Origin: Bacteroidaceae bacterium
Lineage (GTDB): Bacteria; Bacteroidota; Bacteroidia; Bacteroidales; Bacteroidaceae
Reading direction: 5' to 3'
Length of the DNA stretch: 64,000 nucleotides
NCBI GenBank assembly: GCA_024398615.1
Contig: JAKSIU010000002.1
Span: 10,036 to 74,035 of the forward strand
In this document: positions 29,352 through 39,290 of the stretch, piece after piece
How the letters are laid out: each line of letters starts with the position of its first letter
How positions within the stretch are numbered: the stretch's first letter is position 1
Translations under genes and position numbers: made by a program
Notes under the pieces: generated by a model
Seen by the model: the letters and a program-made list of their open reading frames with translations, nothing else
Databases searched by the model: none
Told to the model about the DNA's origin: nothing

Positions 29352-30929
29352 CTATTTGAGATTCAAATACCGGGCGGCACTGTCGGCACAGCGTTCGCCG
29401 TCTATGGCCGATGATACTATGCCGCCTGCGTATCCCGCACCTTCGCCGCAGGGGAACAGCCCCTGGAGGCCGATGTGCTGGAGCGTCTCGCCATCGCGGA
29501 CAATCCTTACAGGCGATGAGGTGCGGGTCTCGACCGCAATCATCACGGCATCGTTGGTGAGAAAACCATGGCTGGAACGTCCGAACTGGAGGAATCCCTG
29601 TTTCAGACGGTCGGTCACGAACTGGGGCATCCAGAAATGCAGGGGCGATGAAATGAGCCCCGGAGTGTATGACGATTCCGGCAGGTCAAAACTGAGCTTG
29701 CGGTTAACGAAATCGCTCATGCGCTGTGCCGGAGCGGTCTGGCGCATGTTGCCTGCCTGCCAGCAGTCACGTTCCAGCTGTTCCTGGAAACGCATCATGA
29801 GAAGCGGGTCGTGGAGGTCGGCATCGGACTTCGCCACATCCTCGATGCGGGTCTCCACCACCATGCCGGAATTGCTCCATCTCGAGTTACGGCCCGAAGG
29901 GGACATGCCGTTCACCACAATCTGCTGCGGGCCCGATGCTGCCGGAACCACGAATCCTCCCGGACACATGCAGAAACTGTAGACGCCGCGTCCGTCAACC
30001 TGGGTCACGAAACTGTACTCGGCTGCCGGCAGATATTTCCCGCGGCCGTTGCGGTTGTGGTACTGTATGCTGTCAATGAGCTGTGATGGATGTTCCAGAC
30101 GGCAGCCAACAGCAAGCGCTTTCGCTTCAATCGGGAAACCGTTATCGGCAAAGTAACGGTAGACATCGCGCGCACTGTGGCCTGTTGCCAGTATGACCGG
30201 GCCCATGAAACGCTCCTCCTGCCCATGGCATGTGGCTTCAACGCCTGTTACCTTGCTTCCTTCAAGAATGAAGCCGGTCATCAGGGTCTCGAAATGGACT
30301 TCGCCTCCACAGCGCTTTATGGTTTCGCGTATGTTCCCGATGACTCGCGGCAGACGGTCTGTGCCTATGTGCGGGTGGGCATCGGACAAAATGGACGGAC
30401 TGGCTCCGTGCTGGCAGAATATGTTCAGAATGCGGTCAGTGCTGCCGCGTTTCTTGCTTCGGGTGTACAGTTTGCCGTCCGAATAGGCTCCTGCGCCGCC
30501 TTCACCGAAACTGTAGTTCGATTCGGGATCAACCTTGTGGGTGCGTGAAATGGCGGCAATGTCGAGCTTGCGGTCATGCACGTTCTTGCCGCGTTCTATC
30601 ACTATCGGCCTGAGTCCCAATTCTATCAGGTGCAGGGCGGCAAACAGTCCGCCCGGGCCTGCTCCAACCACAATGACGGTGGGCTTTCCGTCAACCGGAC
30701 GGTATTCAATGCTTTCGAATTCGTCCTTTGGAGGAAGCTCGTTCACGAACACCCTCAATGTCAGGTTCACGAAAATGGTGCGCTGGCGTGCGTCAATGCT
30801 CTTCTTGAGCGTGCGTACGGCGTTTATGGTGCGTATGTCAAGCCCGCACTGGCGTGCTACGGTCTCTTTGAGAGCCTGTTCGTTATATGCGAACTGGGGC
30901 TCGACCCTTAACTGCAGTTCCTTGATCAT
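29352..30929 (-). CDS. NAD(P)/FAD-dependent oxidoreductase (COG2509-like uncharacterised FAD-dependent dehydrogenase)
   Basis: VIVVGAGPGGLFAA dinucleotide-binding motif; 525 aa. The start overlaps the radA stop by 1 nt (TAATG). Confidence 0.7.
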   Translation of the reverse strand: MIKELQLRVEPQFAYNEQALKETVARQCGLDIRTINAVRTLKKSIDARQRTIFVNLTLRVFVNELPPKDEFESIEYRPVDGKPTVIVVGAGPGGLFAALHLIELGLRPIVIERGKNVHDRKLDIAAISRTHKVDPESNYSFGEGGAGAYSDGKLYTRSKKRGSTDRILNIFCQHGASPSILSDAHPHIGTDRLPRVIGNIRETIKRCGGEVHFETLMTGFILEGSKVTGVEATCHGQEERFMGPVILATGHSARDVYRYFADNGFPIEAKALAVGCRLEHPSQLIDSIQYHNRNGRGKYLPAAEYSFVTQVDGRGVYSFCMCPGGFVVPAASGPQQIVVNGMSPSGRNSRWSNSGMVVETRIEDVAKSDADLHDPLLMMRFQEQLERDCWQAGNMRQTAPAQRMSDFVNRKLSFDLPESSYTPGLISSPLHFWMPQFVTDRLKQGFLQFGRSSHGFLTNDAVMIAVETRTSSPVRIVRDGETLQHIGLQGLFPCGEGAGYAGGIVSSAIDGERCADSAARYLNLK

Positions 30930-32335
30930 TATGAGAACAGTTGCTTGAATGCCTCTTCCACTTTCCGGACGGGCACAATCTCGATTTTGTATTTCCTGGC
31001 ATCAAGGCCGTGCATGTTGTTCCCGGGTATGAGCATGCGCCTGAATCCCAGTTTCTCAGCTTCGGCAATGCGCTGCTCTATGCGGCTTACCGGACGGATT
31101 TCACCTGAAAGGCCAACTTCACCGGTCATGCAGACAGTTGGATCGACTGCCATGTCAATGCTGCTGGACAGTACTGCACTTATCACAGCCAGGTCTATGG
31201 CCGGGTCACTCACGCGCAGACCTCCGGCTATGTTCAGGAAAACATCCTTCTGTCCCAGCTTGAACCCCACACGCTTTTCCAGGACGGCAAGCAGCATGTT
31301 CATGCGCCTGACTTCAAAGCCTATGGCATTGCGTTGCGGCGTGCCATAGACAGCCGTGCTGGCCAGTGCCTGGACCTCAATCAGGAACGGACGTACGCCT
31401 TCAACGGTACAGGCTATGGAAACCCCGCTGAGCCCCTTGTGGCTGTCGGTGAGGAGCAGCTCGCTGGGGTTGCTCACCTGCCTGAGACCGTTCTGCCGCA
31501 TTTCGTAGATGCCCATCTCGGCAGTGCTTCCGAAACGGTTCTTTATGGGTCTGAGAATGCGGTACAGGTAATGCTGGTCACCTTCGAACTGCAGTACCGC
31601 ATCAACAATGTGCTCCAGTATCTTGGGTCCGGCAATGCTGCCTTCTTTGGTAATATGACCTATGAGCAGTACCGGTACTCCGCTTTCCTTGGCATATTTG
31701 AGCAGAGATGCCGCACACTCGCGTATCTGGGTTATGCTGCCGGCACTTGAATCGACATACTCGCTGCTGATGGTCTGGATGGAGTCAATGATGACTATCT
31801 GCGGCTGTTGCTCCTTTATCTGTTCATATATGTTCTCCAGACCGGTTTCACACAGGACAAACAGGTTGCCGTGGCTCGATGCTCCAGCGTTGTCGGCAGC
31901 AATGCGGTCGGCACGCATCTTTATCTGGCTGGCGCTTTCCTCACCTGATATATACAGTATCCTGAGTCCCTGCAGTTTCATGACCGTCTGCAGGACAAGC
32001 GTTGATTTGCCAATGCCGGGTTCACCGCCCAGAAGCACCAGGGAGCCCGGTACCAGCCCGCCTCCAAGCACGCGGTCCAGTTCGCTGTCCTGCATGCTGA
32101 TACGCTGTTCGCCAGTGGCTTTGACGCTTGCCAGTTTCATGGAGACCGATGCCTGCATCCTGCCGCCCGATGCCGCCCGTCTTGCTGCGGGTGCACCGGC
32201 CGATGATGATGCCTTGACGGTCTTCTCGACCATTGTGTTCCATTCTCCGCACGATGGGCACTTGCCGCTCCATTTCGGAGAGTCAAACCCGCATTCCGTG
32301 CATACATAGACGGTCTTGTCCTTAAGTGTTGCCAT
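30929..32335 (-). CDS. radA: DNA repair protein RadA
   Basis: N-terminal zinc ribbon CTECGFDSPKWSGKCPSC, Walker A GGEPGIGKST, KNRFG motif and a Lon-like C-terminal domain. Confidence 0.92.
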   Translation of the reverse strand: MATLKDKTVYVCTECGFDSPKWSGKCPSCGEWNTMVEKTVKASSSAGAPAARRAASGGRMQASVSMKLASVKATGEQRISMQDSELDRVLGGGLVPGSLVLLGGEPGIGKSTLVLQTVMKLQGLRILYISGEESASQIKMRADRIAADNAGASSHGNLFVLCETGLENIYEQIKEQQPQIVIIDSIQTISSEYVDSSAGSITQIRECAASLLKYAKESGVPVLLIGHITKEGSIAGPKILEHIVDAVLQFEGDQHYLYRILRPIKNRFGSTAEMGIYEMRQNGLRQVSNPSELLLTDSHKGLSGVSIACTVEGVRPFLIEVQALASTAVYGTPQRNAIGFEVRRMNMLLAVLEKRVGFKLGQKDVFLNIAGGLRVSDPAIDLAVISAVLSSSIDMAVDPTVCMTGEVGLSGEIRPVSRIEQRIAEAEKLGFRRMLIPGNNMHGLDARKYKIEIVPVRKVEEAFKQLFS

Positions 32336-32338
32336 GGA

Positions 32339-33037
32339 TTACCTTTTTTTGCTCATACGGCTCCAGAGAATGATGCCGTATATGGAGTTCATAGTGTAGA
32401 AAACGTACTGTATCATAAGAATGGGGGCGTAAGGAACACCTCTCGTCATGGCAATGGACCACATGACAAGCTGTGTGCCGTTGACCACAAGCCACATGAA
32501 CCACTGTTCCACGAAGGCCAGCGTCAGGAGCAGCTGGGCTCCTACGGCCGCTGTCATTGCCATGGCGTCAGATACCGGCTGCGGGTCATCGGTTCCACGG
32601 AGAATCCGGCTCACGGTCCATACGGCCGCAACGCTCAGAACCACAAGCAGAACGCGCTGCCACCAGTTCATCCAGCGGGTGCGTATTCCGTCCTCCTCGG
32701 TCTGCAGACGGCGTTTGCGCCACTGGAAGAATCCTATGAACTGCATGGGGACATTATACAGAAGGAACAGGACAGCGTTGGCGTACAGACCGCTTTTCAG
32801 CGCCATGTAGCCCTGAATGGCCGATCCAATCAGACCGCAAACAAAGTTCAGGCTGTTGCCTTTGCATCCGAATATTATGCACAGAATGCTGAACACTCCG
32901 GCAGTGAAGCTCAGCGCGTTGAAGGAATTCTGCGGCAGCATGCTTACCGCCAGACTCATGATGATGAATCCCGCTATGAGAAACCAGTCCCACCATGTGA
33001 AATGCGGGAGCGAGAACAGTCTTTCCTGCTTTTCCAT
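32339..33037 (-). CDS. pnuC: Nicotinamide riboside transporter PnuC
   Basis: Seven-TM protein with the WQR/W..N PnuC pattern (FFQWRKRR, WFMWLVVN). The most plausible start is MEKQERLF at 33037, not the ORF-track start at 33124. Confidence 0.75.
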   Translation of the reverse strand: MEKQERLFSLPHFTWWDWFLIAGFIIMSLAVSMLPQNSFNALSFTAGVFSILCIIFGCKGNSLNFVCGLIGSAIQGYMALKSGLYANAVLFLLYNVPMQFIGFFQWRKRRLQTEEDGIRTRWMNWWQRVLLVVLSVAAVWTVSRILRGTDDPQPVSDAMAMTAAVGAQLLLTLAFVEQWFMWLVVNGTQLVMWSIAMTRGVPYAPILMIQYVFYTMNSIYGIILWSRMSKKR

Positions 33038-33041
33038 ACTG

Positions 33042-33049
33042 CAAAAGTA
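33042..33049 (-). promoter_or_regulatory. Candidate -7 promoter box for pnuC (leaderless geometry)
   Basis: The reverse complement reads tacttttg (TAnnTTTG), 4 nt upstream of the ATG at 33037. Confidence 0.4.
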
Positions 33050-33124
33050 CAAAAAAAACCGTGTAGCCGGATGTTGTGTGCCTAAAAACGAGTAATTTCG
33101 CAATTTGTAATAAATCATACACAA

Positions 33125-35551
33125 GTGAAGGTACTCAAGTTCGGAGGCTCGTCCGTAGGTTCAAAGGAGAGCATCACCAGTCTCAAGAAAATAGTCGAGT
33201 CACAGAGTGACGATGTGATAGTGGTTGTATCGGCCCTTGGCGGTATCACCGACAAGCTTATCGGTACGGCACGGATGGCCGCACACGGTGACCGCCAGTT
33301 CGAGGCCGAGGTAGCTGCAATGCTGGCCCGTCACGAGCAGATGATACGTGACGTGGTCCGTTCGGAACGCCGCCGCAAGGCATACGCTGCAGTGCGCCGC
33401 CTGTTCGGGGAACTGTCAGGCATCATGCAGGGCCTGTTCCTGCTGCGTGACCTCTCGGACCGTACCATGGATACCATTGTCAGTTACGGTGAGCGCCTGT
33501 CATCGCAGATTGTAGCCCAGCTCATTGATGACATTGTGCTGTATGATTCGCGTCAGTTCATCAGAACCGAACACCGTCAGGGCAGCCATGCCATTGACCG
33601 CGACCTGACGTACAGCCTTATCAGGCAGACCTTTGCCGAACTTCCTCACAGGGCGCTCGCTCCGGGCTTCATAGCTAGCGATGCCCAGACTTCCGAAGTC
33701 ACCAACCTGGGACGCGGAGGCTCGGACTACACCGCAGCTCTGCTTGCAGCCGCTCTGGATGCAAGCGTGCTGGAGATATGGACCGATGTGGACGGCTTCA
33801 TGACGGCCGACCCCAGAGTCATAACATCGGCCTACACCATTGACCAGCTGAGTTACGTTGAGGCCATGGAGCTCTGCAATTTCGGAGCCAAGGTGGTCTA
33901 TCCGCCTACAATCTATCCGGTCTGTCAGAAGAACATTCCAATCCTGATAAAGAATACATTCAATCCTGCGGCCCGTGGAACGGAGATAGTGAGCAAGCTG
34001 CCGGCAGGTGCGAAGCCCATCAAGGGCATATCAAGCATTGGCGACACGGCTCTCATCACAATGCGTGGTCTGGGCATGGTGGGTGTGATAGGTGTCAATC
34101 ACCGCATATTCAAGGCTCTGGCTGAACATGGAATCAGCGTGTTCATGGTGTGTCAGGCATCGAGCGAGAACTCAACCTCGATAGGCGTGCGCAATGTCGA
34201 TGCCCAGCCGGCAATTGACGTGCTTTCCCAGGAGTTCAGCCGTGAGATAGCGCTTGGCGCCATTGATCCCATTACAGTCCAGAAGGAACTGGCTACAGTC
34301 GCCATTGTAGGCGAGAACATGAAACAGAATCCTGGTACCAGCGGCAAGCTGTACAGCGTGCTGGGACGCGGTGGCGTGAACGTCATAGCCAGCGCCCAGG
34401 GTGCAACTGAAACGAATATATCGTTCGTGGTCGAGAAGCGTCTTCTGCGCAAGTCGCTGAATCTGATTCACGATTCGTTCTTCCTGTCGGAGTATCAGGT
34501 CCTGAACCTGTTCGTATGCGGTGTTGGCACGGTGGGCAGCAGTCTGCTGGAGCAGATACGTTCACAGCGCGAAAAGCTCATGCAGGAACGCGGACTCAAG
34601 CTGAATGTGGTGGGTATAGCACGCGGCACGAGGGCCATGTTCACACGCGATGGCATCGGCCTTGACAATTACCGTGAGGAACTTGAGAAGGCTCCGGAAA
34701 GCAATGTGCAGCGTCTGCATGACGAGGTGATTGGAATGAACATCTTCAATTCGGTGTTCGTTGACTGTACGGCCAGCCCCGAGGTTGCCGGACTTTATCA
34801 TGATTTCCTTGACCATAACATTTCAGTGGTGGCTGCCAACAAGATAGCCACATCGGACAGTTATGGGAAATATCTTGAGCTCAAACAGATTGCGCGCCGC
34901 CGTGGTGTCAAGTTCCTGTTCGAGACCAATGTGGGAGCGGGACTTCCAATCATCAATACAATCAACGACCTGACCAGCAGCGGAGACCGCATACTCAGGA
35001 TCGAGGCCGTGCTGAGCGGTACTCTGAACTTCATCTTCAATACCGTGAGTGCCGACTGCAGCCTGAGTCAGGCCATACGTCTGGCCAAGGAGAAGGGTTA
35101 CAGCGAACCCGATCCCCGTGTGGATCTGAGCGGCAAGGATGTGCTGCGCAAGCTGGTCATTCTGGCCCGTGAGAGCGGATACCGTGTCGAGCAGGCCGAT
35201 GTCGACAGCCGCCTGTTCATACCCGAAGAGATGTTCCAGGGCAGCCTGGACGATTTCTGGGCACGTCTGCCGGAACTGGATGAAGCGTTCGAGCAGCATC
35301 GTCTCGAAGTGGAGTCACGCGGACGCCGTCTGCGTTTCGTGGCCCGTCTGGAGAACGGCAAGGCCGGCATTTCGCTCGATGAGGTGGGCCGCTACCATCC
35401 GTTCTACAACCTGCAGGGTAGCAACAACATAATTCTGCTCACCACAGAACGTTACAAGGAATACCCAATGATGATCCAGGGCTATGGAGCCGGTGCAGGC
35501 GTTACCGCTGCCGGTGTCTTTGCCGACATCATGAGCATAGCGAATATCTGA
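33125..35551 (+). CDS. thrA: Bifunctional aspartate kinase / homoserine dehydrogenase I
   Basis: 808 aa with a GTG start. VLKFGGSSVG kinase motif, ACT region and a C-terminal homoserine dehydrogenase domain (EPDPRVDLSGKDVLRK). Confidence 0.9.
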   Translation: MKVLKFGGSSVGSKESITSLKKIVESQSDDVIVVVSALGGITDKLIGTARMAAHGDRQFEAEVAAMLARHEQMIRDVVRSERRRKAYAAVRRLFGELSGIMQGLFLLRDLSDRTMDTIVSYGERLSSQIVAQLIDDIVLYDSRQFIRTEHRQGSHAIDRDLTYSLIRQTFAELPHRALAPGFIASDAQTSEVTNLGRGGSDYTAALLAAALDASVLEIWTDVDGFMTADPRVITSAYTIDQLSYVEAMELCNFGAKVVYPPTIYPVCQKNIPILIKNTFNPAARGTEIVSKLPAGAKPIKGISSIGDTALITMRGLGMVGVIGVNHRIFKALAEHGISVFMVCQASSENSTSIGVRNVDAQPAIDVLSQEFSREIALGAIDPITVQKELATVAIVGENMKQNPGTSGKLYSVLGRGGVNVIASAQGATETNISFVVEKRLLRKSLNLIHDSFFLSEYQVLNLFVCGVGTVGSSLLEQIRSQREKLMQERGLKLNVVGIARGTRAMFTRDGIGLDNYREELEKAPESNVQRLHDEVIGMNIFNSVFVDCTASPEVAGLYHDFLDHNISVVAANKIATSDSYGKYLELKQIARRRGVKFLFETNVGAGLPIINTINDLTSSGDRILRIEAVLSGTLNFIFNTVSADCSLSQAIRLAKEKGYSEPDPRVDLSGKDVLRKLVILARESGYRVEQADVDSRLFIPEEMFQGSLDDFWARLPELDEAFEQHRLEVESRGRRLRFVARLENGKAGISLDEVGRYHPFYNLQGSNNIILLTTERYKEYPMMIQGYGAGAGVTAAGVFADIMSIANI

Positions 35552-35572
35552 TCAAACAAAGCATTACCCGAT

Positions 35573-36880
35573 ATGAAATTCTACAGCACCAACCATAATT
35601 CGCCGGATGTCACCTTGCGTGATGCCGTTGTGAAGGGCCTTGCCCCTGACCGTGGACTCTACATGCCCGAAACCATAAAGTATCTGCCTGACAGCTTCTT
35701 TGCCGGAATAGACGGCATGAGCTTCCAGGAAATGTCATTTGAGGTGGCAAAGGCATTCTTCGGAGAGGATATACCTGAACAGGACCTCAAACAGATAGTC
35801 TTTGATACGCTGTCATTTGACACTCCGGCAGTCAGGGTTGAGGACAATATCCATTCTCTGGAGCTGTTCCATGGCCCCACATTGGCATTCAAGGATGTAG
35901 GTGCCCGTTTCATGGCCCGTCTGCTGGGCTATTTCAACAGGAACGAACGGCAGCTGGTCAATGTGCTGGTGGCTACATCGGGCGATACCGGAAGTGCCGT
36001 GGCAAACGGTTTCCTGGGTGTTCCGGGTGTTCATGTCTATGTGCTCTATCCCAAAGGCAAGGTCAGTCCCATTCAGGAATGCCAGTTCACGACTCTGGGA
36101 CAGAACATCACGGCCATCGAGGTGGACGGAGTGTTTGACGACTGTCAGGCTCTGGTCAAGAACGCCTTTATGGATGCACAGCTGAATGCGGCCATGAAGC
36201 TGACATCGGCCAACTCAATCAATGTGGCACGATTCCTTCCGCAGGCATTCTACTATTTCAACGCATACGCCCAGATGAAGCGCATAGGCAAGGCTGACAA
36301 TCTGGTCATATGCGTGCCGAGCGGCAATTTCGGCAACATCACAGCCGGACTCTTCGGTTGGGAGATGGGACTTCCCGTAAGGCATTTCATTGCAGCCAAC
36401 AACGCCAACGACATATTCTACAAGTATCTGCAGACCGGGACCTACAGCCCCAGACCGTCAGTCCAGACGCTGGCCAACGCAATGGATGTGGGCGATCCCA
36501 GCAACTTTGCCCGTGTGCTTGACCTGTACGGCGGCAGCCATCATGACATAGCTGCCCACATAAGCGGTGCCACCTATACCGATGAACAGATTGCGCAGAC
36601 CATGAAGCAGTGTCTTGAGGAAACAGGCTATCAGCTTGATCCGCATGGAGCATGCGGTTACCGTGCCCTGAAGGAGCAGCTTGAGCTAGGTCAGACCGGC
36701 GTGTTCCTGGAGACCGCACATCCAGCCAAGTTCAAGGAAAAGGTCGATGCCATTACCGGTGCCGATGTCGAGATTCCCGCCCGTCTTGCCGCCTTCATGA
36801 AGGGCACCAAACAGAGCGTGCCAATGAGCCGCGATTTCGTCGATTTCAAGCAGTACCTGCTTTCCGAGGCCGGAAAGTGA
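35573..36880 (+). CDS. thrC: Threonine synthase
   Basis: 435 aa with HGPTLAFKDVG (PLP lysine motif) and ATSGDTGSA. Confidence 0.9.
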   Translation: MKFYSTNHNSPDVTLRDAVVKGLAPDRGLYMPETIKYLPDSFFAGIDGMSFQEMSFEVAKAFFGEDIPEQDLKQIVFDTLSFDTPAVRVEDNIHSLELFHGPTLAFKDVGARFMARLLGYFNRNERQLVNVLVATSGDTGSAVANGFLGVPGVHVYVLYPKGKVSPIQECQFTTLGQNITAIEVDGVFDDCQALVKNAFMDAQLNAAMKLTSANSINVARFLPQAFYYFNAYAQMKRIGKADNLVICVPSGNFGNITAGLFGWEMGLPVRHFIAANNANDIFYKYLQTGTYSPRPSVQTLANAMDVGDPSNFARVLDLYGGSHHDIAAHISGATYTDEQIAQTMKQCLEETGYQLDPHGACGYRALKEQLELGQTGVFLETAHPAKFKEKVDAITGADVEIPARLAAFMKGTKQSVPMSRDFVDFKQYLLSEAGK

Positions 36881-36916
36881 CCGCTGTTCCGTGAACCGTA
36901 AAGACCAATCGGCCAA

Positions 36917-37633
36917 ATGCATCAGGAGATTCCGTTTCATGACCTGAACATTCCCATGGAGGAAATCTATTCCTTTATGGGATATGGTCCTGCCGATGTT
37001 CCCGATGCGGAAACCGTACGTACAACCGAACTGCTGCTGGCCGATGCATCGGCCTTCCTGCATCCGTGCTTCGAATACATTTTCCTGGACGGAAAGATTG
37101 ATCTGGAGACGAACCGTATCACGCTTGACGGCCCTCAGGGTCCCGTGGCTTTTGATGCGGGCCGCATAATATGCCGTCAGCTGAATTCCGCCCGCCGCTT
37201 TGCCGTGTTCGTGGCAACTGTGGGCCGGGACTATTTCCGGTGGACAGACCGGATCAAAGCCCGTGATGACGTGTTCCAGACATACGTAGCCGACTGTGTG
37301 GGCAGTCAGGTGGCTGAATCGGCCGCCGATTACATGGAGCGTGTCCTCCAGACCGAGCTTGACACCCAAGGCCTGAAGCGCACCAACCGCTACAGCCCCG
37401 GCTACTGCAGCTGGCATGTCTCCTGCCAGCCGGCCCTGTTCAGCCTTTTCCCCGAAGAGCATCCCTGCGGAATAGAACTCACCGATTCCTGCCTGATGCT
37501 CCCCGTCAAATCAGTAAGCGGAATAATAGGGATAGGTCCCGATGTCCGTTTCCTGCCATACTCCTGCGGGATCTGCACCATGCAGCAGTGCTTCCGCCGC
37601 CACCGGCCTGCCACCGTGGAAACTATCCCCTAA
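36917..37633 (+). CDS. Stand-alone vitamin-B12-dependent methionine synthase activation-domain-like protein
   Basis: 238 aa. RYSPGYCSWHVSCQPALFSLF...LMLPVKSVSGIIGIG resembles the MetH AdoMet-binding/reactivation module. Confidence 0.6.
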   Translation: MHQEIPFHDLNIPMEEIYSFMGYGPADVPDAETVRTTELLLADASAFLHPCFEYIFLDGKIDLETNRITLDGPQGPVAFDAGRIICRQLNSARRFAVFVATVGRDYFRWTDRIKARDDVFQTYVADCVGSQVAESAADYMERVLQTELDTQGLKRTNRYSPGYCSWHVSCQPALFSLFPEEHPCGIELTDSCLMLPVKSVSGIIGIGPDVRFLPYSCGICTMQQCFRRHRPATVETIP

Positions 37634-37644
37634 AAGAGGTCTTC

Positions 37645-38181
37645 TTACTTGACCTTCCAGACATCAAGCGTGATTCCGCCACCGGCACCGCCAAAGCTGG
37701 GCTGGCACAGGAACAGGCACTCATTGAGCCATGCGTACTTGCTGTCCTTTGGAGCCTCGAATTTAGGAGCACAGCGGAAATACATGCCACCCTGACCGCC
37801 CATCTTGATGATGCCGTTGTTGCGGACATGGATGTTCACACCGTCATCGGTACGGATGCAGTAGATGGCTTCAATTTCGGTACGGCCGTCAACTGCCATC
37901 TGGTAATCGGCACCGCCTGGCAGGACCTCGCCCTTGATGTCCTTGCCTTCAAATGTTCCGCCTGTGATAGGAATGACAGTGCGTGTGCCCTTGCCATTGT
38001 CTCCGACCGTAAATGCCTGACCGAGTGATACATGGAGACGTACCACCCATTCAAGCTCGGGACCCTTGGGGTCACCGTTCTCATCGGTCTGCTGCTGTGG
38101 AGCACCGAAACCGAACTGTGCGTTTGCGTTAACACCTGCGAACATTGCCATTACGGCTGCCATGAAAAGAAACTTCTTCAT
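37645..38181 (-). CDS. Secreted DUF3237-family protein
   Basis: The start is taken at MKKFLFMAAVMAMFAGVNANAQ (38181). GGTFEGKDIKGEVLPGGADYQ is typical of DUF3237. The ORF-track N-terminal extension is unlikely. Confidence 0.6.
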   Translation of the reverse strand: MKKFLFMAAVMAMFAGVNANAQFGFGAPQQQTDENGDPKGPELEWVVRLHVSLGQAFTVGDNGKGTRTVIPITGGTFEGKDIKGEVLPGGADYQMAVDGRTEIEAIYCIRTDDGVNIHVRNNGIIKMGGQGGMYFRCAPKFEAPKDSKYAWLNECLFLCQPSFGGAGGGITLDVWKVK

Positions 38182-38234
38182 AATGATACTATTTTCTGAT
38201 TTTTGGTTTTCGTAGCCGTAAAGGTAGATATATA

Positions 38235-39287
38235 TTGCTAACTTTGAAGCCCGAAATGAAAAAATCCGTTCCAAATACTCCTGCTGCATGCTGTGTCCTG
38301 GGCATTCTCATGGTGCTGCTCTTTCTGGCAGGCCTGTGTCTGGGACCGGTTGACATTCCGGTGTCCGGAGTCATTGGTGCCGTTCTGGGGCAAGGTTCCG
38401 GAAACGTGTCATGGGACTACATTGTGCTTGAATCGCGTCTGCCGTCAACGCTTACGGCGCTGCTGGCCGGTGCGGCTCTTTCGGCTTCGGGACTCATGCT
38501 GCAGACGGCATTCCGCAATCCGCTGGCCGGACCCGATATTCTTGGAATCAACGGTGGAGCCGGACTGGGCGTGGCACTGGTCATGCTGCTTCTTGGCGGG
38601 AACATTGGAATTGGCGGAACAAGTCTGGGGACATCAATCTCAATCATTCTTGGCGCCCTGGCGGGTGCTCTGGCGGTTACGGGGCTGATACTTGCCCTGT
38701 CGGCCAGAATAAAGAATCCAGTCATGCTGCTCATTGCGGGCGTCATGGTCAGCTATCTGGCATCGGCACTGATATCGCTTCTGAACTTCTTCTCGTCGGC
38801 CGAGGGCGTGCACTCCTATACAATGTGGGGCATGGGCAATTTCGGAGGCGTCTCGCTGTCGCGGCTGCCGCTTATGGCCGCTTTAGTCGTGGCAGGTCTC
38901 ATTGTGGCTTTCCTGCTTGTGAAACCGTTGAATGCCATGCTCCTGGGGGATCTGTATGCCAGGAATCTTGGAATAGATGTCAAACGCACAAGGATGTTGC
39001 TGCTGTTGGCAACCGGTCTCCTGGTAGCCATAACAACGGCATTCTGCGGCCCGGTCTCGTTCATCGGACTGGCGGTACCCCATATTGCAAGGCTCATACT
39101 TGGCAACGGCAACCACAGGGCTCTGATGCCGGTTACGGTGCTGACAGGAGCGGTGGTGGCCATGCTGTGCAATCTGCTGAGCTCGTTGCCCGGCAGCCGT
39201 GGGCTTATACCGCTGAACGCAATAACTCCGGCATTCGGTGCGCCGGTCATTCTTTATGTTCTGCTCAAACAGCAAAGACACAGCTGA
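38235..39287 (+). CDS. FecCD/BtuC-family ABC transporter permease (iron-siderophore/cobalamin type)
   Basis: 350 aa, ~9-10 TM, with RNPLAGPDILGINGGAGLG and AFCGPVSFIGLAVPHIAR motifs. An alternative start is at 38256. Confidence 0.8.
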   Translation: MLTLKPEMKKSVPNTPAACCVLGILMVLLFLAGLCLGPVDIPVSGVIGAVLGQGSGNVSWDYIVLESRLPSTLTALLAGAALSASGLMLQTAFRNPLAGPDILGINGGAGLGVALVMLLLGGNIGIGGTSLGTSISIILGALAGALAVTGLILALSARIKNPVMLLIAGVMVSYLASALISLLNFFSSAEGVHSYTMWGMGNFGGVSLSRLPLMAALVVAGLIVAFLLVKPLNAMLLGDLYARNLGIDVKRTRMLLLLATGLLVAITTAFCGPVSFIGLAVPHIARLILGNGNHRALMPVTVLTGAVVAMLCNLLSSLPGSRGLIPLNAITPAFGAPVILYVLLKQQRHS

Positions 39288-39290
39288 TTC

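Noticed and set aside
33038-33124. Threonine attenuator or leader peptide upstream of thrA.
   Set aside because: The only ATG opens a 4-codon ORF without Thr/Ile codons, and there are no alternative hairpins.
38182-38234. Cobalamin riboswitch upstream of the BtuC-like permease.
   Set aside because: The gap is only ~53 nt, too short for a B12 riboswitch, and no B12-box-like sequence was seen.
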